Assembly (NCBI GenBank): GCA_040255725.1
Contig: JBDZVK010000004.1
Span: forward strand, 1-32,657
Length of the DNA: 32,657 nucleotides
Direction of reading: 5' to 3'
Source: Actinomycetota bacterium
GTDB taxonomy: Bacteria; Actinomycetota; Acidimicrobiia; Acidimicrobiales; Iamiaceae
The notes beneath the pieces were generated by a model that saw only the letters and a program-made list of their open reading frames with translations, made no database searches and was not told where the DNA came from. This document shows positions 1-8,018 of this stretch, piece after piece. Each line of letters starts with the position of its first letter. Within the stretch, counting starts at the first letter, position 1. A program made the translations under genes and the position numbers.

Positions 1-2
1 TC

Positions 3-197
3 GACGAGCACGGTGAGATCATCGACCCGACGCGGGTCGACTGGGAGCCGGGCGGTGCGTTCGTGACCCCGCCGGGGCTGTGGCACGCGCACGTCAACGA
101 GTCGGGTGCGCCCGCGCATCTGTTTCCCGTGCAGGATGCCGGGCTGCAGACCTATCTGCGCTCGCTCGACATCCGGTTCACCGCGCCGCGCCGCTGA
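3..197 (+). CDS. C-terminal fragment of a cupin-fold protein (gentisate 1,2-dioxygenase-like); 5' end lies outside the window
   Basis: Frame 3 from the window edge reads DEHGEIIDPTRVDWEPGGAFVTPPGLWHAHVNESGAPAHLFPVQDAGLQTYLRSLDIRFTAPRR, then TGA at 195-197. The P-x-G-x-W-H-x-H-x-N pattern is typical of cupin dioxygenase C-termini. It is absent from the ORF track because there is no start codon in the window. Confidence 0.55.
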   Translation, partial: DEHGEIIDPTRVDWEPGGAFVTPPGLWHAHVNESGAPAHLFPVQDAGLQTYLRSLDIRFTAPRR

Positions 198-203
198 ACG
201 AAA

Positions 204-244
204 GGTCGGCGCGGCGGGGCCGGTCCTTCGGCACGCGGCCGACC
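204..244. terminator. GC-rich hairpin between convergent genes (possible bidirectional terminator)
   Basis: GGTCGGCGCG (204-213) pairs with CGCGGCCGACC (234-244): 10 bp with one bulged G. It starts 7 nt after the cupin stop and lies about 95 nt past the esterase stop. The minus-strand side is followed by TTTCGTT; there is no clear U-tract on the plus strand. Confidence 0.3.
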
Positions 245-339
245 CTTCGACGCGGTGACGCCGGGTCCGGTCCCCGAGCGGGTCGGCCGGGCCCGACGTC
301 GAGGACGGGTCGAGACGCAGTGATCGTCGTCGGCGACGG

Positions 340-1353
340 TCAGAGGCCGAGGGCGCCCATCAGCTGCGGCCAGGCCCGGTGGAGTTCGTCGTTCCAGGCC
401 GTCCAGTTGTGCCCACCGTCGTAGAAGTGGGTCGTGACGGGGATGCCGAGCGAGTCGAGCTTGGTGGCGAGCCCCTTGGTCTCCTTGTCGACCTGGGCTT
501 CCACGGCGTCGCCCTGGCCGCCCGATGACAGGTACAGCGACAACCCGGCGAGCTTGGCAGCCTGGTTCCACGGGTCGTTGCGTTCCCAGATGGCCCGTTG
601 CGCGGGAACCGCCGGGTCGCCCCAGACCCGCTTCCAGTCCGCGGCGCAGGCCAGACCCGGGGTCGACACGCCGGTGCCGCCGGCGTACTGGTGCAGCGGG
701 TCGACGTCGCCGCTGAACGACGCGGCGGCGACGTAGAGCGACGCGTGGTTTGCGGCGAGCTTCATTGCGCCGAGTCCACCCATGGAGTTGCCGGCGACGG
801 CGCGGGTGGTGTTCGCCCGGTAGCCCCGGCTGAGGATCTGGGGGATCTCGGTGGTGAGGAAGGTCTCCCACTTCGGTCGGCCGCCGTTGCCGTAGTTCCA
901 CCAGTCCGAATAGGCGCTGCACCAGCTCGTGTCTGGCAGGACGACGATCACGTCCTCGTCCGCGGCGAGTGAGGCGACGTCGGTCTTGGAGTACCACGAG
1001 GTGTAGTCGTCGAAGCCGCCGTGGAGCAGGTACAGCGTGGGCCAGGTGCGAGACGCGTCGGCCGACCAACCGGGCGGGAGCAGCAGCCGCACCTTTGCGG
1101 TGGCGTGTTCGGTCGATGGCGAGGTGATGGTGAGGTCGAGGGTGGTGGCGTCGACCCAGTCCTGCGCGGTGACCACGGCGCCGGTGTCGGAGGCGGGCGC
1201 GTCGCTGCCGAGGGGTGGCAGGGGTGTGTCCGGGTCGCATCCGGCGAGCAGCGGCGCCGCGAGCAGCAGCGCGACCACACAGGCGCCGGTGGCACGCCAC
1301 TGGCGTGGTCGTCGGGTGCGAGTCGCGGGTCGGTGGTCGTGTGTGGTCCTCAT
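340..1353 (-). CDS. Secreted alpha/beta-hydrolase, esterase family (esterase D / antigen-85-like), probable lipoprotein
   Basis: The ORF is 340..1422; the likely start is ATG 1353 (MRTTHDH...), preceded by GAGGAG with a 5-nt spacer. The N-terminus has the lipobox LLAGC. LYLLHGG and the nucleophile elbow GNSMGG are typical of this esterase family. Confidence 0.8.
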   Translation of the reverse strand: MRTTHDHRPATRTRRPRQWRATGACVVALLLAAPLLAGCDPDTPLPPLGSDAPASDTGAVVTAQDWVDATTLDLTITSPSTEHATAKVRLLLPPGWSADASRTWPTLYLLHGGFDDYTSWYSKTDVASLAADEDVIVVLPDTSWCSAYSDWWNYGNGGRPKWETFLTTEIPQILSRGYRANTTRAVAGNSMGGLGAMKLAANHASLYVAAASFSGDVDPLHQYAGGTGVSTPGLACAADWKRVWGDPAVPAQRAIWERNDPWNQAAKLAGLSLYLSSGGQGDAVEAQVDKETKGLATKLDSLGIPVTTHFYDGGHNWTAWNDELHRAWPQLMGALGL

Positions 1354-1434
1354 GGTGGCTCCTCGTTTCCCCTGTCGTCCGCGCCGGGCCGGGCCTCCTC
1401 GGCCTTCCCGGGCCGATCTCAATCTACTGACTTC

Positions 1435-1450
1435 CTAGATAGCTGTCTAG
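1435..1450. promoter_or_regulatory. Candidate TetR operator: 16-bp near-perfect palindrome in the divergent esterase/TetR intergenic region
   Basis: CTAGATAGCTGTCTAG is palindromic except for one symmetric mismatch pair. It lies 15 nt upstream of the proposed TetR start and between the divergent genes, a classic TetR autoregulatory layout. Confidence 0.45.
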
Positions 1451-1464
1451 TATCTTTTTGCACC

Positions 1465-2145
1465 GTGCCGAGACCCGCGACGACCGATGGATACCGTGAT
1501 GGTGTGGCGACCGGTCGAGGTGCGCAGACACCGCGCCGTACCCAACGCGAACGGCGGGAGGGGTCCGAGCGGGCGTTGCTGGACGCCGCGGCCACGCTGA
1601 TCGCCGAGCGGGGTTCGTCCAGGACGAGCTTCGCCGACATCGCCGCGTTGGCCGGGTGCAGCCATTCGCATCCCCACTACCTGTTCGGTTCGAAGACGGC
1701 GATGCTCGAAGCGTTGGTGGTGGCCTTCGGCGACCGCTTCAGCGAGCAGGTGATCCACCGTCTCGTCGGTGATGCGGCGGGGCTGGCGGGTCTGACCCGG
1801 TGCGTGTCGGTGTTCCTGCGCAGCCTCGCCGACCCGTGGCCCATGACCCGGGCGCTGTACGTGCTGCTCGGCGAGTCACTGGGCGCCACTCCGGAGTTGC
1901 GTCCGGCGTTGGCCGCGTACCACCGCCGGCTGCGGGGGATGATCGCGGCCTACATCACCCAGGGGATCGACGCCGGTGAGATCGACCCGACGATCGACGC
2001 GGACGCCGAGGCGGCCGCGGTTGTCGCGTTGGTGCGGGGGATCGGCTATCAGGTGCTCAGCGACCCGGACGCGTTCGACCTGGGTGAGCTCGAGGGTCAG
2101 GTCGTGGGCGGCCTCGAGCGTCGGTTGGCCGCGCCGCGTCGCTGA
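1465..2145 (+). CDS. TetR/AcrR family transcriptional regulator
   Basis: The C-terminal two thirds of ORF 1021..2145 carry the TetR HTH signature RALLDAAATLIAERGSSRTSFADIAALAGCSHSHPHYLFGSKTAML. The ORF's N-terminal extension overlaps the esterase gene and is discarded. Start is GTG 1465, or alternatively GTG 1504. Confidence 0.85.
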   Translation: MPRPATTDGYRDGVATGRGAQTPRRTQRERREGSERALLDAAATLIAERGSSRTSFADIAALAGCSHSHPHYLFGSKTAMLEALVVAFGDRFSEQVIHRLVGDAAGLAGLTRCVSVFLRSLADPWPMTRALYVLLGESLGATPELRPALAAYHRRLRGMIAAYITQGIDAGEIDPTIDADAEAAAVVALVRGIGYQVLSDPDAFDLGELEGQVVGGLERRLAAPRR

Positions 2146-2212
2146 CGGGCCTGAAGCACGATGCCAACGGCGTCGGCGGGCAGGAAACGGCCGAACACCT
2201 CGCTGGTACTGG

Positions 2213-2560
2213 TCAGCTCCCCGGGGGTTCGGGCGGATCCGGGAGATCCCAGACCGCGGCGTAGGTGTCGCGCACCCGCGGCCAGATGCGCGCGAGGGCG
2301 TCGTCGAGGTCGACGAGCCGGCCGGCGTCGTCGCCGTCGACGATGAACTCGTGCACGATGATCCGGCCGCTGCGGTCGCACCGCCCTTCGGGGTCGGCGA
2401 GGCGTAGCGCCACTCGGTCACCGACCCGGCGCAGCGACGGTGGGTCGTCGGCGTCGAAAGGGAAGCACCGTTCATAGGTGGGCAGCGGGTCGGCGAGGCC
2501 GCCGGTGCACAGGAACGTGAAGCCCCAGGTGTACCCACGGGTCGCCCAGATCAGGCTCAT
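2213..2560 (-). CDS. 115-aa hypothetical protein, translationally coupled to the upstream GTPase gene
   Basis: The internal ATG at 2560 (MSLIWATRGYTWGF...) overlaps the TGA (2557-2559) of the GTPase ORF as ATGA. The rest of ORF 2213..2887 is an Arg/Pro-rich shadow of the GTPase gene. I recognise no family motif. Confidence 0.6.
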   Translation of the reverse strand: MSLIWATRGYTWGFTFLCTGGLADPLPTYERCFPFDADDPPSLRRVGDRVALRLADPEGRCDRSGRIIVHEFIVDGDDAGRLVDLDDALARIWPRVRDTYAAVWDLPDPPEPPGS

Positions 2561-3807
2561 CGGCGGCTTCGCAGCAGGACGCCAGCGGCTTCGGCACGTT
2601 CCAGAGCCAGTTTGAAGCCGGTGAGGGTGGCGAGCAGGTGGTCGTGGTCGGCGACGGCCCGGTTGTTGAGGTCTTCGAGGTGTTTGCCGGCGAGGTCGAG
2701 CGCGGCCTGGATGTGTTCGGGTTTGATCAGGCCGAGCAGCAGGGTGAGCTTGTTGAGCTTGGCGCTCTTGGTGATGATCATCGGCAGTCGACGTTGCCCG
2801 TCGAGCAGCGCGTGGGCGAGCGTGTCGGCCCGCCCGAGCAGGTCCTGGGCGATGCGCCCGGGCAGCAGCTTCTTCTGTGCCCACCACACGTGACGTTCGA
2901 AGGGCAGGATCGCCGAGAGGGGCAGGATGAGGTCGACGCCGACGCGGCGCTCCACGGCGATGCGGTCGGGTTCGAAGTGCGCGGACGACACCAGCAGGAA
3001 GTCCTCGCCGACGGAGAGCGCGTCGGCGTCGCCGACGAACGCGCCGATCTGTTTGCGCAGCTCGTCCAGGTCGTCTGCCGCGTTTTCGATGACGAGGTCC
3101 CGGAAACCGTAGACGTCGAGGTCGCCCATCAGGTCGGTCTTGGTGAGCGCGAGGATCCAGATGCGGGGGAAGCGGTCGAGGGGTGCACCGGTGCTGGTGA
3201 GGCGGTGTTGCAGGGCGAGCAGACCGGTCCGGTAGTTGTGGAGCAGCGACTTGAGGTACTTGGCTTCTTCGCCGGCGTGCCGGCGCAGCCGTTCACCGTC
3301 GACGAGCAGGAAGGCGATGTCCGAGCGCAGCAGGTTCTCGAACGTCTCGGCCTTGGAGGTGGCTTCGGTGTACCCGGCGGTGTTCTGTTCGAACCATTCA
3401 CCGGGGTAGTCGAACCAGGTGAGCCGGAGCGCGTCGAAGGGTTGCTGTCGTTTGCGCTTCGCGTCGGCCGGGGTGGCCATGGTCACCGAGAAGGTGTAGG
3501 TCTCGGGCCGGAAGCGGGTCGCTTCGGGCCAGGCGGCCTCGTTCTTCATGCCGAGGTAGTACTTGTTCAACCGGTTGCCCTGGCCTGGGTCCTCCGCGGT
3601 GATCCGGAAGGGACTGCGGCCCAGCACGGCGGGTTCCTGGGCCGAGCCGTAGAACGACGACAACAGCACGGTCTTGCCGCTGCCCGATTCGCCGAACACG
3701 GCGATGCGTTGGTCGCGGTAGCGCAGCTGCGGGATCTTCATCGGGGTGAGGCTACGGCGATCCGTGCCGCGATGCGGGCCGATCACCGCGGTGTCGTCGT
3801 GGGGCAT
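2557..3807 (-). CDS. TRAFAC-type P-loop GTPase with a C-terminal helical domain
   Basis: G1 GESGSGKT, G3 DYPGE, G4 TKTD and a G5-like SSA occur in canonical order, followed by a helical tail of about 130 aa. An alternative start is ATG 3741 (MKIPQLRY...). The stop overlaps the start of 2213..2560. Confidence 0.75.
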   Translation of the reverse strand: MPHDDTAVIGPHRGTDRRSLTPMKIPQLRYRDQRIAVFGESGSGKTVLLSSFYGSAQEPAVLGRSPFRITAEDPGQGNRLNKYYLGMKNEAAWPEATRFRPETYTFSVTMATPADAKRKRQQPFDALRLTWFDYPGEWFEQNTAGYTEATSKAETFENLLRSDIAFLLVDGERLRRHAGEEAKYLKSLLHNYRTGLLALQHRLTSTGAPLDRFPRIWILALTKTDLMGDLDVYGFRDLVIENAADDLDELRKQIGAFVGDADALSVGEDFLLVSSAHFEPDRIAVERRVGVDLILPLSAILPFERHVWWAQKKLLPGRIAQDLLGRADTLAHALLDGQRRLPMIITKSAKLNKLTLLLGLIKPEHIQAALDLAGKHLEDLNNRAVADHDHLLATLTGFKLALERAEAAGVLLRSRR

Positions 3808-3863
3808 GGTCGAGCTCTGCGCGGCCGGCTTCGCTGTGGCCGCTCGACGAATGGGGCCGCACG

Positions 3864-4184
3864 ATGCGGCACGTGGTGATCGATGGTCCGGGCAGCGTCA
3901 CGGTGGCGAGCGCGCCGGATCCGGTGCCGCCGGGGCGCGACGGGGTCGTGGTCGAGGTGGATGCCGCGGCGATCTGGTTCGGATCTGCACTTCTACGACA
4001 GCGACCTGGATGTGGGTGGGGGCGTGGCGGTCGGCCACGAGTTCCTGGGCACGATCGTCGAGACCGGCCCCGACGTGTCTCGTTTCGGGGTCGGCGACCG
4101 GGCGCCCTGGACGACGCTGCGGAGGCGGACGCGACCGTCGCCGCCCGAAGCCCCGACTGCATCAGAGTACGGCTGAGACGCTGA
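3864..4184 (+). pseudogene. Remnant of a Zn-dependent alcohol dehydrogenase (MDR family): frameshifted, with most of the gene deleted
   Basis: Frame 0 reads MRHVVIDGPGSVTVASAPDPVPPGRDGVVVEVDAAAI. The conserved continuation (C)GSDLHFYDSDLDVGGGVAVGHEFLGTIVETGPDVSRFGVGDR is in frame 1 from about 3975, where the Cys codon is broken. From 4104, frame 0 reads ALDDAAEADATVAARSPDCIRVRL, an MDR C-terminus. The middle of a normal ADH, a few hundred codons, is absent. Confidence 0.65.
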
Positions 4185-4266
4185 CCCCTCTGCCGGAACT
4201 GCGAACTCGACGCGACCGCTTCGCGGCGAATGGGCGGAGGTCCAGCGTCGTGTCCCTGACGCGGCG

Positions 4267-5247
4267 CTAGCCGGTGTAGGAAGGGTTCGCCGCCACCGGA
4301 CTTGCCGGCTTCGCCGCATGGCTGCTGTGCGATGTGGTCGGAGGAGCTGCGATGGTCGTCGTCGGCCCAGCAGTGGTCGTCGTCGGCTCGGCGCAATCGG
4401 CGACCGGGGTGACCGTCACCGAACCATCGCCCTCGTTCACGCCGGGACTCGTGGAGTCGCCCAGGCTGGAGCCGCCACCGCCGCCACCGCCGGCAGCGAA
4501 GCTTCCTGCCCCACCGCCACCTCCGCCGTAGAGGCCACCTCCGCCTCCGCCGCCATCGAAGTCGGCACCATCGCCACCGGCTCCGAGCGAGCCGTCTCCC
4601 CCGGCCGGATCCCCGGCGCCACCGGTTCCACCGGCACTCGTGGACGCTGCCCCTCCGCCTTCTGAACCCCCGTCGCCTTCACCGGTTCCGGGTGTCGCCG
4701 GGTTTCCACCGTTCCCGCCGACGCCGGAGTCGGGGCCGTCCTCGGAGTAGCCGGCGCCGCCGCCACCGCCCCCGACGATCACGCGTGCGTCCAGTCCGGT
4801 TCCACCCTGACGGACATCCGACGCTCCTCCGCCGCCGCCGGCAGCGATGTCCTCGGGGTCACCCGAGGAACCGTCACCACCGCCGTTCCAGCCGCCCTGT
4901 GCCCCGGCGTCATAGGCTTCGCCTCGACCCCCGACATTCACCTGCAGGGTCTCTCCGGGTGTCACCGCCACCGTCGAGGTCGCCTCGCCTCCCAGACCCG
5001 GCGACGGCTGCCCTAGGTCGGAGTCGTAGTCGCCCTGTCCGCCTTGGGCTCCGGAGGCCACGATCTCGACCGCACAGACCCCGTCGGGCACCACATAGGT
5101 TTGCGCTGCTCCGGTGAAACCGAAGCTCGCCCCGTCTGGCAGTGCGGCGCCGGCCGAAGGGCCGCCCGCCAGCGTCGATCCGAGCAGCAGGCCAATGGTC
5201 GACGCACCGACCACTCCGACATTGCGAATCTTCGAGATCGCCCCCAT
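4267..5247 (-). CDS. Secreted glycine-rich protein (Gly_rich/ALK-LTK-like glycine-rich domain) with a Thr/Pro-rich tail
   Basis: Start ATG 5247 is preceded by AGGAGGAG with a 6-nt spacer, and a signal-like N-terminus follows (MGAISKIRNVGVVGASTIGLLLGSTLAGGPSAGA). FTGAAQTYVVPDGVCAVEIVASGAQGG...TLQVNVGGRG is followed by long poly-Gly tracts. Confidence 0.7.
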   Translation of the reverse strand: MGAISKIRNVGVVGASTIGLLLGSTLAGGPSAGAALPDGASFGFTGAAQTYVVPDGVCAVEIVASGAQGGQGDYDSDLGQPSPGLGGEATSTVAVTPGETLQVNVGGRGEAYDAGAQGGWNGGGDGSSGDPEDIAAGGGGGASDVRQGGTGLDARVIVGGGGGGAGYSEDGPDSGVGGNGGNPATPGTGEGDGGSEGGGAASTSAGGTGGAGDPAGGDGSLGAGGDGADFDGGGGGGGLYGGGGGGAGSFAAGGGGGGGSSLGDSTSPGVNEGDGSVTVTPVADCAEPTTTTAGPTTTIAAPPTTSHSSHAAKPASPVAANPSYTG

Positions 5248-5466
5248 CGCGCACTCCTCCTGAGTTTCCACTGGTCGTTCAAGCGGTCGTTCAAACGGTC
5301 GGGATACGCTACCAGAACACCCAGCTGGCGGCGATGCCCCGTATCCGGCAGCAACACGATCTCCTCCCTGGGCAGGGCCACGACGCCGAGTTCCGTGAGC
5401 TCGAGGCGCGGTGGCCGGACTCGACTCAAACCGGTGCAGCGTGCGCCTCGCGGCGACGGCGTCTGG

Positions 5467-6384
5467 TCAGCCGGCCGTCATCGTCTCGCGCAGTACGGCC
5501 AGTGTGCGGGCCTCTTCGTCGGGGTTGCCGCCGAGGGGCACCGCGGTGAAGTCGGTGGCGCCACTCGCCGCCATCTCACCCAGTGCGTCGCGCACGAACT
5601 CCTCGTTGCCGACGATCGACAGGTCGCCCAGGCCGTGGACGCCTTCGCGGTCGAGCATGGCCCGGTAGCTGGGCAGGGTGGCGTAGTTGGCGAGCATCTC
5701 GGCGAGAAACGTTCGGGCGGGGGCGTCGTCGTCGGTGACCCACACGGGCAGCGACGCGACGATCGCCGGGGCGGGCCGGTCGGCGGCGGCTGCGGCGTCG
5801 GTGATGACCGGTGCGATGTGGCTGCGGATCGTCTTGGGGCCGACGCACCACAGGATCGTGCCGTCGGCCCGACGGCCGGCGACCTTCAGCATCTGTTCGC
5901 CGAGCGCGGCGATCATCACCTTTGGCACGCCGGGGGAGGGTTTGGGGTCCTCACCGGTGTAGGACCACGCCTCCCCCTGGTGGTCGGCGGCGCCAGTCGC
6001 GAGCAGCTCGGTGAGGATGGTGAGGTAGTCGATCATGTGGCGGACCGGCTTGTGCCACGCCATGCGCAACGACCCGGTGACCATCGGTTCGTGGTTGAGC
6101 CCGATGCCGACGACGAGTCGGTCGCCCACGAGGGTCTGGGTGGTCAGCGCCTGGGTGGCGAGGGCGTGGGGGTGACGTTCCCAGGTGGAGATCACCGCGG
6201 TGCCAAGCTCCATCGACGATCCGGTGTCACCGTGGGCGCCGAGCAGGCCGAGCGCGTCGATCAGGCCGACCTGGGCCACCCAGTAGCTGGTGAACCCTGC
6301 CTTCTCGGCGGCGGTGATGTCGTCGAGCACCCCGGCGACCCCGTGGGTGAGCATCCGACCTGATCCGTTGATCCCGTAGCGCAT
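5467..6384 (-). CDS. LLM-class (luciferase-like) flavin/F420-dependent oxidoreductase
   Basis: The start is set at ATG 6384 (MRYGINGSG...) within ORF 5467..6513. The TIM-barrel LLM pattern reads FTSYWVAQV...LGTAVISTWERHP...VVGIGLNH...KVMIAALGEQMLKVAGRRADGTILW. Confidence 0.8.
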   Translation of the reverse strand: MRYGINGSGRMLTHGVAGVLDDITAAEKAGFTSYWVAQVGLIDALGLLGAHGDTGSSMELGTAVISTWERHPHALATQALTTQTLVGDRLVVGIGLNHEPMVTGSLRMAWHKPVRHMIDYLTILTELLATGAADHQGEAWSYTGEDPKPSPGVPKVMIAALGEQMLKVAGRRADGTILWCVGPKTIRSHIAPVITDAAAAADRPAPAIVASLPVWVTDDDAPARTFLAEMLANYATLPSYRAMLDREGVHGLGDLSIVGNEEFVRDALGEMAASGATDFTAVPLGGNPDEEARTLAVLRETMTAG

Positions 6385-6938
6385 GGCAGGTGACGATACG
6401 ACCTCGCTCGACGGTCCGCTCGCACACTGACCGCCGACCGCTACGGGCCCCGACACCGTCTTTGCACATCTTTCCCCGCGTGAACGAGGAAAACCGTGCA
6501 ATGACATGCTCACCGGCCCGGCACGAGCATCGAGCCATCACCTCAGGATTCGATGAGGGCCAGCCTCGGCTCTGGAGTTCCGCGCCCAGGGTCTCGGAGG
6601 GGATCCTGGCAACGGCGCGGGCCTGCGTCGCTGCGGTCCGTTCGGCAGCGGTCACCGGTCTACGAGCCCGCCGCGACCGGGTCGAACCCGTCCCCGTGAC
6701 CTCACTCCCCCCCGCTGCGCGTACGCTGCAGGCGCTGTTAGCCCCGGCTATTCACGGTGGGGGTGGTCTGAGGTCGCGACGCTTCGACCTGGTGAAGGTG
6801 TCGGCAGCGCCGTCGCGCTGATGGCCGAATATCCAACGACCATGACCGAGCGACGTGGGGCAGTGCGAGATCGTCGCCGCCGACGCCGACATTGCCGGTG
6901 CGAATCCGTGACGATGCTTGTGCTGCCAAAATGCATGC

Positions 6939-7172
6939 ATGGCATCGATCACCGTGCGTGATGTTCCTGATGGCGTCCGCGACGAGCTCGCTTCACGGGC
7001 AGCCCGCACGGGGCGTTCGCTGCAGGAGTACCTGCGCAAACAACTGATCGAACTCGCGGGCCGTCCCGATCGGGAGCTGCTCGCCAGCCGGATCGTCGAA
7101 CGCAAAAGTCGCACAGCGACGAAGCTTCCGGCCTCCAAGATTATCGGACATCGAGACGCCGACCGCCAATGA
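6939..7172 (+). CDS. vapB: Ribbon-helix-helix antitoxin (VapB/FitA-like)
   Basis: MASITVRDVPDGVRDELASRAARTGRSLQEYLRKQL is a typical Arc/RHH antitoxin N-terminus. The stop overlaps the vapC ATG (ATGA at 7169-7172). Confidence 0.75.
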   Translation: MASITVRDVPDGVRDELASRAARTGRSLQEYLRKQLIELAGRPDRELLASRIVERKSRTATKLPASKIIGHRDADRQ

Positions 7173-7582
7173 CCCTGGCGGCCGAGGCTTCAGCAGTCGT
7201 TGCTGCACTCGTCGAGACCGGTCCGGCGAGCACCTGGGCTGAAGGGCTGCTCACCTCCAGGCTGGTTGCACCGCAGCTGTTGCATGTTGAAGTCGCCAAC
7301 GTGCTGCGGCGGGCCGCTGGCACTGGTGCGATCATCGACGACATTGCGTCGCTCGCCCACGCCGACCTGGTCGACCTTCGGGTCGAGCTGGTTCCCAATG
7401 AGCCCGTTGCGGCACGGGTCTGGGCGTTGCGCCACGACCTGACGGCGTACGACGCGTGGTACGTGGCCGCCGCCGAGCTCATCGATGCGCCGTTGGCCAC
7501 CCTCGATGAGCGTCTGGCCGCCGCGCCCGGCCCGAGGTGTGCGTTCCAGACGCCGACCGATGCGGCCGGCCGCCAAGACTGA
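7169..7582 (+). CDS. vapC: PIN-domain toxin (VapC family)
   Basis: 137 aa. PIN acidic positions are present in LHVEVANVLRR, TAYDAWYVAAAE and ATLDERL. The first acidic residue is Glu (LAAEASAVV) instead of the usual Asp. There is a 4-nt overlap with the antitoxin gene. Confidence 0.75.
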   Translation: MTLAAEASAVVAALVETGPASTWAEGLLTSRLVAPQLLHVEVANVLRRAAGTGAIIDDIASLAHADLVDLRVELVPNEPVAARVWALRHDLTAYDAWYVAAAELIDAPLATLDERLAAAPGPRCAFQTPTDAAGRQD

Positions 7583-7781
7583 ACCGTTGCGGCACCCGCT
7601 GCGGAAAGCATGCAATGACTCCCTTCATGCATGGGATCGCCGGTCAACGGTCGAAGTCGTCGTGGAGCGTCTGGAAGCGATGTCCGGAGCGCCCGAGCAG
7701 GCGCATCGGCGCGGGCGAACTCGTGGTACTCGATGGCGCATGTCACTCGGAGTGCCGTGCTCGGAGCGATGCGACGCCGGC

Positions 7782-7960
7782 ACTCACCTCGACCGACTGG
7801 CCGAGTGGCCAAACTCCGCAGCGCAGGTCCATCGGGCCGAGGCTGTGTGAACGAGCAGATTGCTGGCCTGGGCGATTTCCCGCAGGTGGTCAGGGACGAC
7901 GTCGTCGGCGACACGGTTGTGGTGGTGGCCATCTATCACGAACGGCGCCGTCCAGGATCG
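7782..7960 (+). pseudogene. Possible decayed RelE/ParE-family toxin gene (frameshifted remnant)
   Basis: One frame ends HLDRLAEWPNSAAQVHRAEAV* at 7850. The next frame continues VNEQIAGLGDFPQVVRDDVVGDTVVVVAIYHERRRPGS (7847-7960), resembling the ParE C-terminus (compare RK2 ParE ...ALVVAILHERMD). No intact ORF covers a full toxin. Confidence 0.35.
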
Positions 7961-8018
7961 GATCCGAGCGCTCCACGTGACCGGGCCGTCCGTCGCTCAA
8001 CGCGGTGTGGCCTTCGGT

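Noticed and set aside
152-1300. Long antisense or out-of-frame ORFs: this one, plus 2638..3879, 5044..6363, 7141..7932, 7860..8747, 9920..11788, 14031..14957, 15610..16434, 22321..23871 and many shorter ones.
   Set aside because: Their translations are Arg/Pro/Gly/Ala-rich with no motifs. Each fully overlaps an ORF with clear family signatures. These are typical shadow ORFs of high-G+C DNA.
1021-1464. N-terminal extension of the TetR ORF.
   Set aside because: It overlaps the esterase gene on the opposite strand and would run through the palindromic operator. TetR proteins are about 200 aa.
4437-4900. Highly repetitive GGC/GCC-rich stretch, considered as a tandem repeat or array.
   Set aside because: It is the poly-Gly coding region of the glycine-rich protein on the minus strand. 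There is no spacer-repeat periodicity.
6385-6938. A 550-bp gap with ORFs 6390..6821 (+), 6227..6655 (-) and 6738..6945 (-).
   Set aside because: The translations are Arg-rich and motif-free, so I could not support a gene. It is left as unexplained non-coding or decayed DNA.
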